The notes under the pieces are model-generated. The model ran no database searches. It saw only the letters and a list, made by a program, of their open reading frames with translations, and was not told where the DNA came from. This document shows, in pieces, positions 1 to 12,139 of a DNA stretch of 64,000 bases; positions within the stretch are counted from its first letter, which is position 1, and each line of letters opens with the position of its first letter. Origin of the DNA: Picochlorum sp. SENEW3 (Eukaryota); the NCBI GenBank assembly GCA_034226945.1, contig CP120456.1, positions 1,054,001-1,118,000 of the forward strand, written 5' to 3'. The translations under genes and the position numbers were made by a program.

Positions 1-2
1 CC

Positions 3-899
3 CATATAAAAGAATGGGTAAAGGATGGCTCGCAGATCTCGAGTGGGGTGATGCAGGACCTGATGAAACACTCCCCATACCTGTGCAAATTGCTACAGAC
101 AGTGAGCCACTCACAGGGGCACGTCCGAGTTCCCCCCGAGTGGAAACCCCTGCTGACAGAATTGTTTACAAGAATAAAGGATGGCACTACATTTCCTAGC
201 GGGTATAGCATGGAGAGGGAGCTTGGGAGTGGTGTTGAGGAGGACCAGGAGAACCAGGTGCCTGTACTGGATGGGTCATACCTGCAAACGGGCATACTGA
301 CTGGCCTTCCTCGCCTTCGGCGAAAACCACACTACGCGACCGACAAAAGTAGAGAGGATGAGAAGAAAGAGGGGTCGGATAAGTGCGACCATGCGTTCTA
401 CAAGCCAGGTGACAGAACAGGAGGGGTGTTCACCATCCTGTGTGAGCATGGGTTTGTATATGCCTCGTTCATCATCAAAGAAGCAGAGGGGAGGAACGAA
501 CCGTTTACATTCATGACATGTTATCTTAAAAAGGCTCCAGAGTACGTGATCTACGACAATGCATGCAATTTGCAGGACTATTGCTTGAGCAGAGCTCCCC
601 TGTTCTTCATGCACACCAAATTCTTCGTGGATGCGTTCCATTGGGTCAACCATAAGGCGTGCAGCCTTGGATATAGTATCAAAGCACACGAAGACTCGTG
701 GCTCAAGCTCGTCAACACCCAAGTAGCTGAGCAGAACAATGCAGCCCTGAAGAACCTAAAGTCCATGATGTCCAGGATGTCTCAGAAGTCGTTCATGACG
801 CTCCTCAAGTCGTTCATGTGCTATCGGAACTTTCGAAAACTAGAAAAGCTGAATGCGGAGGAGGAGAGGAGGCGGAGACGGAACGGGCTCCATTCCTGA
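3..899 (+). CDS. KDZ (Kyakuja-Dileera-Zisupton) transposase, C-terminal catalytic part; runs off the left window edge
   Basis: Motifs GGVFTILCEHG, YVIYDNAC, FFVDAFHWVNHKAC and NTQVAEQNN; closely similar to the C-terminus of 8984..12139. Confidence 0.85.
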   Translation, partial: HIKEWVKDGSQISSGVMQDLMKHSPYLCKLLQTVSHSQGHVRVPPEWKPLLTELFTRIKDGTTFPSGYSMERELGSGVEEDQENQVPVLDGSYLQTGILTGLPRLRRKPHYATDKSREDEKKEGSDKCDHAFYKPGDRTGGVFTILCEHGFVYASFIIKEAEGRNEPFTFMTCYLKKAPEYVIYDNACNLQDYCLSRAPLFFMHTKFFVDAFHWVNHKACSLGYSIKAHEDSWLKLVNTQVAEQNNAALKNLKSMMSRMSQKSFMTLLKSFMCYRNFRKLEKLNAEEERRRRRNGLHS

Positions 900-958
900 G
901 GGCAAGTATGCTGCCCAGTGCATGAGCTCATGGGGGGTTGCCATGCTGGCCTGCTCTC

Positions 959-2257
959 TCATGCCCCCGAGGAGCAAGAGCCCGCTTTCTCGACAACATA
1001 ATGCCCACGAGGATATTCAATCTGGTTTGCTTGCCCCGCTCTCGTGAGATCGCGGAAAAGGTGCAGGAGACGGTCCAGCCTCTCCCTGGTACTCTTGCCT
1101 GCACAGTGCTTCTCTCGAAATGCCTCCACCACCATGCTCGCATCAACCATGGGCACAAAGCTGTATTCCTGATTTGGACGGCCTTCGTCAGATACAATGC
1201 CTTTGCTTCGAAGCGTTTGTATGACCTCTGGGAGCAGTTTGGAGATCAGGACGGCTTTGCTCACAGAAAATTTGCACTGGGATGTCTTTGTGAAATTCCC
1301 AAAGTTAGAAATCTTCTTATTGACCGTGCTCTGTAATAATTCACTCAATTCATGCTGCAAAACGTAATATCCAGGAGAAATCCGCCGCTTGTGCTTATCC
1401 AAGAGATGTTGCCCCCCTGTCTGTACAGAGTATACATGGATCACATGCTCAAACACTCTCTGTTCGCCATCTAGTGCTCTTTCGAAGCCGCTCGGCGTTC
1501 CTTCGATCGAAAGGCTGTCGTACATTGATTCTGAATCCCTTTCGATGGCTTGGGATGGAAGGGGCTCCCTTTCTGGAGGGTTGAGGGCAGGGTCTGCCCC
1601 TTCGCTTGCAGCCTCCAACTCCCCATGCCCACCATACTCTCTCAGTATGTTCATGTACCCTGCTATCTGCGATTGCGCGTCTTGGCACTTACTCACCATG
1701 TTGGTAAAGTCTCTCAATAATGGAGCAGAGTCTTAAACAACCGTGTCGACTAGCTCCCTCATGTTGCTCAACTTGCCTTGCAACTCGCTCACTGTCCCCT
1801 CCAGCTCACCCACCTTGGTGCCCAAAACTGCACATTCATCCCGTGCATTGGAGGCTTCCCGGCGCCAGTGGGTGTAATCCACGTAGAGAGACATGATAAG
1901 ACCATGCACCTGGTCATCGACCTTTACTCTGGAGCTCAATTCCCCCTTTTCCAGCAATGGGTACCTTTGGGCAGGCTCCTCGAAGCGCTTTTTGAAAAGT
2001 TTGCCAACCGGTCCGCGCGGCTTGTTCGACGCTTTGGATTTTTCTAATAAATTTGCATTGTTTTCGGCGATGTCACTGTCATATCCGCTGCAATTTGCTG
2101 AAGAAATCTCGCCCTCCGGGAGGAGCGCTCCTCCAAATGGGCTAGCCCATTTGAAACATCCAAGTCGTTTGCGGCTCGCTTGGTACGTCGAGGCATGTTG
2201 CGTCCTTACTATTCTTTTACTGTATTTATAAATTACAACGGGATCCACCACGTCCAA
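959..2257 (-). pseudogene. KDZ partner gene, copy 1 (coiled coil plus conserved C-terminal domain), with one in-frame TAA at 1733-1735
   Basis: ORFs 1733..2257 and 959..1717 are in the same frame and together align with 12125..13393 (KLFKKRFEEPAQRYPLLEKG vs KVFKSREEEPPRKYPRLENG; RRISPGYYVLQHEL vs RRISNGFCVLQYDL; PNQEYSFVP vs PNQEFCFIP). Confidence 0.75.
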
Positions 2258-2794
2258 TTAGATCCACTACAGGCCGAACCAAGTCGCATTCAGTCACAGG
2301 ACATGCCCCGAGGCGACTTTACTCTTGCTATGCAGTGAAGTCCATTTTACCGCCGCTCAAATTTAAGATTTTCAAATTTTATGTATGCTCCGTGCAATAG
2401 CAAGAGCATATGATACACACATACATATATATAAGCCCCCTAACTTTTCTTATTTTTATACAAGCAGGGTTCCCACACACTTACAGAAAGGATGGTGGCC
2501 TCCTTAAATCCCAAATTTTCCTGAGGGGCGTATTTTATTATTTCGACGACGCCATCGAAACGAGGGTAAGAAAATATGTCTATTGAAACAAAAATGGGGA
2601 AATTTGGTGCGATATTCGAAAAGTTATGGGGCCCTGTGTAAAATGGCTTGTGTGAAAATTTTGAGAAGTCAGGTCGACCGCCCATGGTACTAATTAAGGA
2701 ACTTTTGGTGTCGATCACAAGGCACCAGATCTTCCACAGTAGCCTCAATTCACTGCTGTTACCTGGATAATTTTTATACTTTACACGTTTATTG

Positions 2795-5700
2795 TCATTC
2801 GATATCGATACTGTCCGCTGCTGCGAAGGTGGAACCTCGGGTTGGGAAGAAGGCAAGCATTTTGTCCATTTCTTTCTTGTGGCCGTCCTCCACAAGCTTG
2901 TAGTGGGGCCATTCTCCCTCCCAACCATCTTTTGACATTTGAAAACTAGAAACTTGGCAGACGATATCGTCGATCGGCACGCTGAACACACGTTCGTCAT
3001 GCCTCCACAGCCTCTCTCCTGTGAACTCCTTCACCATGTACACAGTGGTTCCATGGTAATCCATTTTTCTGTCTCATATATCCCGCAAATCGCGTATCGT
3101 TCCACTTCATCTGGATTCCGGGGACTGAATACGCGGACAAATTCATACACCACCCCAACATGGTGAGCCTCAGAATCCTTGTCCCTCAGCAAGACAAAGT
3201 GTGACCGCCTCTTCGTATCACGCCTGTCATAGAATGTTTTCACACAACAGCCTTTGCCATCTACCAAGACGTTGCAAGAAAAATGACTGTACAATTTGAT
3301 ATCTCTCTGCGGCTCCCTCGGTCTCTCGTCCTGGTGCTTTGTGTGAAACTCTCTGATGAGGTTCAACTTCTTCTTCTCGATGGACTCCCTCAGCTTATCC
3401 CTCTGCTGCTTCGATGCATCTCTAGCTTCGATGCATTTCGTCGTACTCCGCTCTACTCCTTTCCCTTGAAGAGCATACGTGGTGCTTGGATGGGCGTCGT
3501 ACATGGTGCCCGCAGCCTTTCGGTGTTGCTTCGGGGCATACACTGGGATGGCACTCTGGTCGGCTGACCCAATCTTGTGCTTGGCTTTCTCCAATGCCGA
3601 TCTGATAAGATACCGTTTTGCTAATGTTGCCTCAGGCGTATTAATACAACTCGTCGAGGAGACGGCCCGCATAGCCCGTTCAACCCACAGCTCTGACAAC
3701 TGGTGCAGTGGGCCCACGAAGGCCTCCTGGTGATGCAGGAGGCAGTTGGCTGTATGGAGGTTGGGCGTCAGCAATTCGTATGCCTTCTCTTCCTGACATA
3801 TCCTTGAGAACTGGTGTAGATGCCAGAGGGCTTGAGATGGCTCGAGCCGGGCGGCTTCAGCGTGGCTCAGGTGATGCATGACAAACTGCCTCAAATGTGC
3901 CCAAGCTTCCATGGCCTTGGGTGTGAGCACAGAAACACCGGTCACCTCCTCGTTGAACAGGGCACATGAATGTACTTCTACAAAAACTTTGACTTCTTCG
4001 CAAATCCAAGAGTAGCAGTGCTCTAATGGCGAGTATGGACGATTGAACGAGTTGTTCAGAGTAATTCCTCTCTCCAATTTCTTGACGGTCTTCTTGCTGT
4101 AGACTCTCATACTCCTGCTATCGGGATCACTGGTTTTCTTGTTGCCGTGGCCATCCCACAAGTATTTGATAAAGTTTTTCGTTATGCCTAAGAGAATCAG
4201 ATGGTATAGAGGAGCTGGTATCCCGTGCTTGACGTGCAACGTAGGCACGGCATGAAACACTTTTGCATAGTCATGAATCCCAAGCCGATCCTGCCATTCT
4301 TGCGTGCTCGATCCGTCGTATATGCCATGGGGCATCACAGTTTTCATAATATTCAATATATCTTCCAGGTCAGCGTGTCCAATCACGGACTGCTGCTGAA
4401 TTGCATCATCGTCACAGCGGGACAACTGGAACTCTTCCTTGGTGATTCCATTGATATGTGTGACAGGATCCTCCTCCTCGTAGCCTGTGAGTAGTCTTCT
4501 CTTGTATGATTTGCCGTTTCTGCTAGTTATGGCTTCTGAGGCCCGCTGCCAGCAAAAGTAGCACCCTTTGATGGCGTTCCCCGGAGCACACATGTGGATT
4601 TTTCTCTGGCCTTAGCATCTGCATGAATGAATCCCAGTATGGGTCGATGAACTCCAGAATGTCTCACCACATGACCATCTTCGTCCACTCCATCATATTG
4701 ATATTCCATAGGAGATGAGCGGAGGCGCTCAAACTCTTCACCAATAAAACATAAGAAGGGGTTGAGGTTTTTGGGTTCTTTTGGGCCTGGGATAATTCCC
4801 AATAATCTGGTGTTGCAGCTGAGATATCGGCCTTCAGGGACCATATCTTCACACTTTAATACAATCAGAGTACAAGAATGTGCTTTCCTTCCAAAAGGCT
4901 GGGATCCATCCACGCCGATCGACCAGATACTAGTCGTGTCGCCGCCTGCTGTGCTTTCCCTCTCCTTGATCCATTTGAACCACTCGGATGTGTACACCGT
5001 GTTTCCTGCGCGACCGCTTTCGATGCTTCTGTTTCTTGATTCTCGAAATTTGCGCGAAGCGAACAGACTCTGCATACAGTCTCGGACCCCAAAGTAATAA
5101 AAGTGCTGCATGGGTCTTGGGCTCCCACCCCTGTCTGCCGTGAACCTCTTCCTACCACACCCTGCTCCACATTCTTCACCCATGTCCCTATCTTTGAACG
5201 GGACGACATTATTGTAGATGTATCCGCAGGGACACTTATGGTATTCGACAGCCTGAAGGTCTGGAACATCCATGGCCTTCCTCAGAAGGTGGATGGATGG
5301 TGGAATGATCATCCTGTCACGGTTGCTCCTCCCCATCCGAACTACGCTCAAGATATCCTGCATGAGCTCTTTTGATACAGCATGCTTTAGTTCTATTTCG
5401 AGGAGCGCAGATGTGAGCTGAAGCAAAGTGCAGGGTGCCTCGTCTTCCTCGTCTTCATCTTCTTGTGGCTGATCCAGCCCATCACCACGTTCCTTACCCA
5501 ACATTGCCATTAGAAAGGTTTGGAAATGCGACCCCTGAGTGCACCGAAAGCGTTCACCAGGTGCATTCTCAACATTTGGCTCATGCTCATCACTCGAAGC
5601 GTCGCTGTCCTCAAGGTCCTGCAGGAAGATAGCTTTCACTCTTCAGAACAACAAGAACCAGAATCAGGAAGCATGACATGTGTCTCCTCACCTCGGTGCA

Positions 5701-6209
5701 CACGCTGCCCTCATCGGATGATTCCACTGCTTCATCAGAATCTTCACAGGAGCGAATGGTTAGAACTTCGTCTCGGTCATAAGGGAGGAGAGTAGTGGAC
5801 ACATGTGGATCTAGTTGGACTATGGCATCATCTTCAAGACTCCTTGGGTGGCCCTCCCCTTTCTTCTCCACACCAAACCTCGCTGCAATATGTGGATGTT
5901 TGTTACGCACGTGATCAAGCACTTTTCTCCTGTCTACATCTCCGGTGACGTCCATGAACAGCATATTTTCGAAGCACAGTGGCTTCCCAGAATATCCACA
6001 CGTCTCCCGTATGGACAGTATACCCTGCAATGTCTCTGCTCGCTTTCTGCATGCAACGAGTCTACCATGGGTCCATATGGGGCTTTGAGACGAAGACACG
6101 CTTGGTAAAAGTCATTCCATAGCTCTGTTATTTTCTTGCGTGCTACCCTCCTCCGTTTTGACCTTTGAGATCCTTGCTCGGGGTTTCGTTGCGTTTCAAC
6201 ACCGTCCAT
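2795..6209 (-). pseudogene. TNP2-like (Transposase_21) EnSpm transposase, frameshifted
   Basis: Motifs GVDGSQPF, LLGIIPGPKEPKNLNPFL, HADAKA, GCYFC, PLYHLILLGITK, PNLH and LWVER, spread over ORFs 5934..6209, 5611..6099, 4527..5639, 3031..4593 and 2795..3064. Confidence 0.8.
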
Positions 6210-6409
6210 TGTGGTATATCATAAATGTATATACTATATTACGATTTGTAATCGTGAGAGTAAAATTTAGAGCATATGAGCCCCTCGTCCGTCGCAATTG
6301 TTCGCAAGCCAAAAATTTGAAATTCAAAATCTGACTTTCAATTGTCTATCAATTGCACGCTGACAGTCAGTCTTTGCAGTCGTATAATGCACATTGTGTT
6401 CGAAAACTT

Positions 6410-7633
6410 ATGCCTAGAGTACGAATAAAGCATAAATCCGGGGAAGGGCCGTGCTTGGAACTCCAGGCCACCGAAGCAGGGTTGACTGACGATGAACTCT
6501 ATGAGCAGACAACTGCATTCAGAGAGCGAGAGGGCATTAGAAATGATATCATTATAGAGCATTTTGGAGTACGAGTTAGCCCACATTGTCTGAAACCCGA
6601 CGTCACACATCTTTTACACTGGTGCGAGGCAGACCCTCCTGGTGAAGTTGCCAACTCTTCTCCCGTAGATATTGACGAGAGTAGCGAGATTTCAATCGAT
6701 GACAACTCGGAGTCTCTGTTTGTTGAGGACAAGCATATACAGAAGCACGCCCGCGAGGCCTGCATGAAGTACTGGGCCAGGGCTCCTGTCAATGGTGACT
6801 TTGAACAATGCCAAGCATACATGCCACAGAAAAAAGGCATGCCCATAGCGCATGAACTCCTTTTTGAAGTATGCAAAGAAAAAGTCATGCTAGAATGTGG
6901 AGAACTGGCCAAGGTTTCGGCATCATACACAGGGGATAAACTCATGGCATACCTGAAGCCAAATCACCGGAATAATCACAACAGACATGTCAGAGACGGT
7001 GTCCGAAAAAACATGGATGCAGATCGTCACTGGTACCTTCAATTTGGGAGATATCTTATCGATTGCATTGGAGAGTATCTAGATGGACTGAACCATGCGG
7101 CAGAAGGCGACAAGAGGTTTTCCACCCAAGAGAACTTGCAGCATCTGAGACCCTTCGTGTTACAAAAGCTTCCTGCATGGTATTCTCGGGACAAGTATTC
7201 CTTCATCTTTACAGGGGCCACGAAAAATTCTGGAAATGAGATAAATTCGCTCATCGTCGACGATCTGCACAAAGTCAAAGAAGAACATCCTGAATTCGAC
7301 GGGAAGGCTAAAGCTCTCATGTCTGAACAAATACACAAGCAAGCACTGGACAGTGTCAAACATGTCCAGGAAAAGTACAATGAGCTAAAGCGATCAATGG
7401 AAAAGAAAGACAAATTATACGAGGATGCGAAGACAGAAAGGGATATCCTCAAGAAACAGATGGCCGAACTCCAGAAGGAGGTGGAGCAACTGAAGAGCAG
7501 GCGTCCAGGGGCAAAGCGTGGTGTGAAGCAGCGACGAACGCAGGATTACGGCAACGAATACGCTAAAACATACATCACAGGGACATCCAGGCGACGGAGG
7601 CCTCTCGAGGATGCACAAGACAAAGAGAATTGA
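6410..7633 (+). CDS. Second gene of the CACTA element, unknown function, with C-terminal coiled coil and basic tail
   Basis: Intact ~407 aa ORF from ATG 6410, inside the TIRs and divergent from the transposase; a decayed copy lies at ~54980-55490. Confidence 0.65.
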   Translation: MPRVRIKHKSGEGPCLELQATEAGLTDDELYEQTTAFREREGIRNDIIIEHFGVRVSPHCLKPDVTHLLHWCEADPPGEVANSSPVDIDESSEISIDDNSESLFVEDKHIQKHAREACMKYWARAPVNGDFEQCQAYMPQKKGMPIAHELLFEVCKEKVMLECGELAKVSASYTGDKLMAYLKPNHRNNHNRHVRDGVRKNMDADRHWYLQFGRYLIDCIGEYLDGLNHAAEGDKRFSTQENLQHLRPFVLQKLPAWYSRDKYSFIFTGATKNSGNEINSLIVDDLHKVKEEHPEFDGKAKALMSEQIHKQALDSVKHVQEKYNELKRSMEKKDKLYEDAKTERDILKKQMAELQKEVEQLKSRRPGAKRGVKQRRTQDYGNEYAKTYITGTSRRRRPLEDAQDKEN

Positions 7634-8983
7634 CCCACATCATGGCACCCTGGAGATGCACAAGTGAGCCGGGCGGTTGGGTTGGACGGGTATAGTTTTT
7701 TCCAAGCAAATATTTAGCACTGCCCATACAGCCTCAGAATGATACAATATCAATAAATGAACAATTTACTCTCATGTAAGTTCCAAATTCGTAGCAGAGC
7801 GGCTCGCTCGCAGCGTGACCAACGACCTTCCATCACTAACGACCACCCTTGTATATGTGCCTGCAGGTATAGAGTCCCTCCAATCACGTCGCCAAACAAT
7901 TAATAAAGGTAAGAACTGACAAGTATGTGTGGTGCAGGTGTGAATAGACGTGGCATGGAGAGGACTCGCCGTCTGGCAACAGACGGTTAACGGTTTTTCC
8001 CCAATGGTCGCCCCAGTGCCTACAGTGGCACAACAAGGGGTGATCATTGGTGGAAAAGCAATGAATCAATCGAATTGTAAAGTATCGTGTAAAAAAGAAT
8101 TAAAAAATCGAGCAGCCCCGGAGGGGGCGAGCAACGATCTGTCGTAATTAGATATATTAAATACAATCCGGCTGCGAAAATTTGGGGCAAATCCGCTGCA
8201 GGCACTTAAAGAGACCCAAATGATCAAGACTCGATCCTCCGTACTGCGACCGTTTCATACATCCCCACCGCTCTAAAAAGTTGCATTTATACTTAAAAGT
8301 TGATATTGTGTCCTGGGAACGGCGTTGTTGCGCCGAGAGCACACCTTTTAGACGCTCAGTTTCAAGCGCATCTGCACATCCCTCCGAGAGGCGAACTCCC
8401 GATTGCGCGAACCATTTGGCGTCAAATTTTCACGAGATACTCTATTTGTAATACTGATCAATAATATATACGAGCGGGAATATATAACGCCCTGTGCGCG
8501 ACGAAATCAGCGACCCAAAATCAAGGGGACTGCCATCCTTTCTGTAAGTGACAGGCCTAGGCCGGATGTCATAACTGCCGGTCGCAGTGAGCCCCTTCCC
8601 GTTGTAAATCATCCCAAGTCCCCTGAAAAATTATGCTCACCGCAACCCCACTGGGGGCATTCATATTATTTATAAGGATGTAATTGAAGGTTTTGGAGGC
8701 CATAATGGTTGTGTCCACCCGACATGGGGGTGTGCGGGGACCTTGTCAGAAAGATGCCCTGTTCAAAAGACGTCTGAGACAGTGCGAGAGGTGCGTTTCG
8801 GGGCGTTTCGCCGGTTGGTATCGAACTTAAAACTCTTATGGAGTATTTTGAGCCGCTATATGATCGATGAGATGGCGGCATCAGGCGGAACGAGTGCCCC
8901 AATTCTCAAACCTGGTGTTTTGAACCAGTTTTACCTAGCCTTTCTACCCATTCTGCAGTGAGGCCGAGGCCATCCATGGGTAC

Positions 8984-11900
8984 ATGATGAAAATATCAGA
9001 CCATATGCGCGATATGGTGTGCGACTATGGGGCAACCTGCGCTTTGGTGGCGTGGTTGGGGCCTCAGAGGAGCATCTATGTCTCCAGAACAGGCAACATT
9101 GGCTACTCAGATGCCCCCGAAATCTGGGCATCTGTGCAGCAAACCTTTATGAATTTGCTTCACAAGTCCAAAGGTATTAAGGACATAGCCTTGCCCAGGA
9201 TTCCTGTGGAGATATGCCTGTTTCAGGGGAGTTATCCCAACAGTCGTGTTGTCCAGCAAGGCTGGCACAACAAGACCAGATGCATTCAAAATGCATTCGA
9301 GAAGGTGCAATCCTTGACGAATCTTCCTGTGTACATTTCTATATCTGGATACAAGGGGGTGCTGCTGAAGAATGCCGCCGATCTGCGCGAATTATCAGTC
9401 CTAGATGAGGTGTTTCATTTTCACAACATGGGCAAGAGGTTTCCTCCTTTGGATATTGCACTTGCGCAGCAGCCCAAGGGCATGAAACGGCGAAAATTGT
9501 CAGAGAGTAGGGTGATGACGAACTATTCCAGGAAAAGGACGAAGACCTGGGATGGAGAGCCGCTCTTGAGGCCTGGTTCTCTAGAGTGGTATGAGGACAT
9601 GCTGAGACAGGTCAAATACCCACCTGTGCAGCCACTCTGCAGACAGGAGCACATGGGGCATCGAGAATCCTTATCATGGGCGTGTATAGACTCGAGGAAA
9701 CACGGGCATGTGGGCGAATCTCTGAATCATATGATGTTAGTGAGGGTTGACTGCCCAGATGCCAAAGAGAGAAAATTTGAATGCAACTGTGATACTTACA
9801 CTTCTGGCTACGACGAGGAGGGCGACTGTGTGCACGTTCAGTACTTGGAAAAGCACTATGATACCTTAAAGTCTGGCACATTTGGGGCGGCGCATGACGT
9901 GGTACAGGTAACTAGGAGGGATGGGACCTTTGTGGCATACTACTATGATGGGGGCTTTCTCAAAGTGGACCAGGCTGGTTGGCGGTGCTCCTTGTGTTCT
10001 CGAGACAATCGCAGCTGTCGTCATGTTCAGAAAATATGTTCTATGAACCAAGAAGGTGCCGTGGCGCAGAATGCACGAGGCAATGGCAGCCAGGAGGTGT
10101 ATGTGATAGACAGCAGGCCTGGCTCAGTAGAGTGGTATGTGGAGAACCACCCAGAAGAGGCACGAATAGATATGCCGATGCATGGGAGTGTGATTGAAAG
10201 TATTCAGAGGATATATCACGCAGGTTTGAGCGCCTGGGAGCATCCTAGCGGCGAACGATACTTTGAAGGGCTTGCAGAACTGAAGCCTCCAAAGCCATCT
10301 AGACAATGCTGCTGCCAGCAGGACTATGCGGACGCCAGCGGGCTCGTACTGGACTGCCAAGACGCCTTAGTATTCCTGAATCCCACGCGATATGATGCAG
10401 TGCACAAGAGATCCGTATACAAGTGGGTATGCCCCAACAGAAGGGCAGAGTGTGAAGTGCCATACATGGGGGTTCAGGATGGCCTGTGGAGAGCTTCGAA
10501 CACGATGATTATAGAGCTTCAAATGATGCAAGATGCCTATAATGCATCTGTTCTAAAGGGTGGTCAGTCTTTGGAAAGCCAGTGCGCGGATTTATGCAGC
10601 AGATACAGTGGGAAGCAGTTGTTTGGTGAGGATGGGGTACCTGGGGCCCCACTGGAAAAGCCCTTTATGGATGCCACGCTCTTTCGTAATGCTGCAATCC
10701 AGTTCGGTAAATGCACATCGTGGGCAATGAAATACGACGATGGGGATAAACTGGTGGAGCTAGAGAACCAGATGATGTGCCCTTGCTGCAAAGACTCCCC
10801 AAAGGTGCTGATCATGGATGGGACAAGCATGAGCATCAGGTCCAGAGCTTGCTTCGCCGACAGCATCACGGCCACCGATGAGAACGGCAAGAAAGTTCCA
10901 AAGCTTCGGGGCAAAAGGGATAGGTCGTTCCTCAATGTAGACAAGGCCAGAAGAACAAGGAAAGCTAGGCTTTCCCTTGCTAGGCTGTTGCTGCAGTTCC
11001 AGAAGCGGATCAGGAAGGCTCGCGACGCTGCGGGTCTGGAGGGATTTTGGAGGGATAAAGGACGACATTTAAGACAACTTGGAACCCTTTGGAATGTGGA
11101 TTCCTTCGTGCAATGGGCGTTTGCTAAAGCCAAAGCCTGGGACTCCTCAGAGAGGCTTACCAGCCTGGCAGACTTCATCTTTTGCCTCGCCTCCGAGTCC
11201 CCCGCTGTATCCTACATCACGTTGAGATGTTGTATTTTACTCAAGGAATGTTTGGAGAGCCGCACGGTCCCGAGTGGTGTGCTGTCGCAGCTGAGCAAGG
11301 AGGCCCCACCCCTGTTCAAACTGCTGTTGACCATCAAGCGGGCTGGGGACTCTTGCGTACACATTCCGGCGGAATGGGGCAATCTTCTGAATGAATTAGT
11401 GACCCGAATCGAGAGTACAAATGCTTTCCATGATAGATACACGATGGAAAGCGAGCTTGGGAGTGGTGTCCCACCTCAGGGACCATCAATTCTGGATGGG
11501 TCATACCTACATTCTGGCATCCTGACGGGCCTGCAGCGCGTCCGATCCAAGCCCCAGTATCAGGCAGACTCGATGAAAGAAGAAGAGAGCGTTGACGGGA
11601 GGAAAGATGCGTGTGAGCACGCGTTCTGCAAGCCTGGGGACAGGACAGGAGGGGTGTTCACCATCCTGTGTGAGCATGGTTTTGTGTATGCATCCTTCAT
11701 CATCAAAGAAGCAGAAGGGAGGAAAGAACCATTTGCATTCATGACACAGTATCTCAGAAAAGCCCCGGAATACGTCATTTACGACAATGCATGCAACTTG
11801 CAGGACTATTGCTTGAGCAGGGCACCATTGTTCTTCATGCACACCAAATTCTTCGTGGATGGCTTCCATTGGAGGAACCACAAAGCATGCAGTCTTGGAT

Positions 11901-12139
11901 ATATGATTAAAGGGTACGAAGACAAGTGGTTACAGGCGTTAAACACGCAAGTTGCAGAGCAGAACAACTCATCCTTGAAGAACCTGAAGGCCATGATGAG
12001 CAGAATGTCACAGAAATCGTTCATGACGCTCCTGAAGTCATTCATGTGTCATTGGAATTACCACAAGCTAAAACGAATGAATATCGAGCAGAAAAGAAAG
12101 CAGAGGAGGAACGGTTGGCCGTCCTCAGGTGCCATGTGA
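8984..12139 (+). CDS. Full-length KDZ transposase with N-terminal SWIM-like and CxC zinc-binding motifs
   Basis: Uninterrupted 1051 aa ORF; CNC..CVH, CSLC..CRH, CPCC..VLIMDGTS, GGVFTILCEHG, YDNAC, DGFHWRNHKAC, NTQVAEQNN. Confidence 0.9.
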   Translation: MMKISDHMRDMVCDYGATCALVAWLGPQRSIYVSRTGNIGYSDAPEIWASVQQTFMNLLHKSKGIKDIALPRIPVEICLFQGSYPNSRVVQQGWHNKTRCIQNAFEKVQSLTNLPVYISISGYKGVLLKNAADLRELSVLDEVFHFHNMGKRFPPLDIALAQQPKGMKRRKLSESRVMTNYSRKRTKTWDGEPLLRPGSLEWYEDMLRQVKYPPVQPLCRQEHMGHRESLSWACIDSRKHGHVGESLNHMMLVRVDCPDAKERKFECNCDTYTSGYDEEGDCVHVQYLEKHYDTLKSGTFGAAHDVVQVTRRDGTFVAYYYDGGFLKVDQAGWRCSLCSRDNRSCRHVQKICSMNQEGAVAQNARGNGSQEVYVIDSRPGSVEWYVENHPEEARIDMPMHGSVIESIQRIYHAGLSAWEHPSGERYFEGLAELKPPKPSRQCCCQQDYADASGLVLDCQDALVFLNPTRYDAVHKRSVYKWVCPNRRAECEVPYMGVQDGLWRASNTMIIELQMMQDAYNASVLKGGQSLESQCADLCSRYSGKQLFGEDGVPGAPLEKPFMDATLFRNAAIQFGKCTSWAMKYDDGDKLVELENQMMCPCCKDSPKVLIMDGTSMSIRSRACFADSITATDENGKKVPKLRGKRDRSFLNVDKARRTRKARLSLARLLLQFQKRIRKARDAAGLEGFWRDKGRHLRQLGTLWNVDSFVQWAFAKAKAWDSSERLTSLADFIFCLASESPAVSYITLRCCILLKECLESRTVPSGVLSQLSKEAPPLFKLLLTIKRAGDSCVHIPAEWGNLLNELVTRIESTNAFHDRYTMESELGSGVPPQGPSILDGSYLHSGILTGLQRVRSKPQYQADSMKEEESVDGRKDACEHAFCKPGDRTGGVFTILCEHGFVYASFIIKEAEGRKEPFAFMTQYLRKAPEYVIYDNACNLQDYCLSRAPLFFMHTKFFVDGFHWRNHKACSLGYMIKGYEDKWLQALNTQVAEQNNSSLKNLKAMMSRMSQKSFMTLLKSFMCHWNYHKLKRMNIEQKRKQRRNGWPSSGAM

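Larger units (their letters stand above)
2478..8550 (-). mobile_element. Complete EnSpm/CACTA-superfamily DNA transposon
   Basis: TIR CACTTACAGAAAGGATGG at 2478 and its reverse complement ending at 8550; 3-bp TSD ACA at 2475-2477 and 8551-8553; TNP2-like transposase inside. Confidence 0.9.

Noticed and set aside
1733..1735. Stop-codon reassignment or programmed read-through (also TGA at 19017)
   Set aside because: The homologous copies are open at these positions, TAA and TGA end other genes normally, and neighbouring TE genes carry ordinary frameshifts; decay is the simpler explanation
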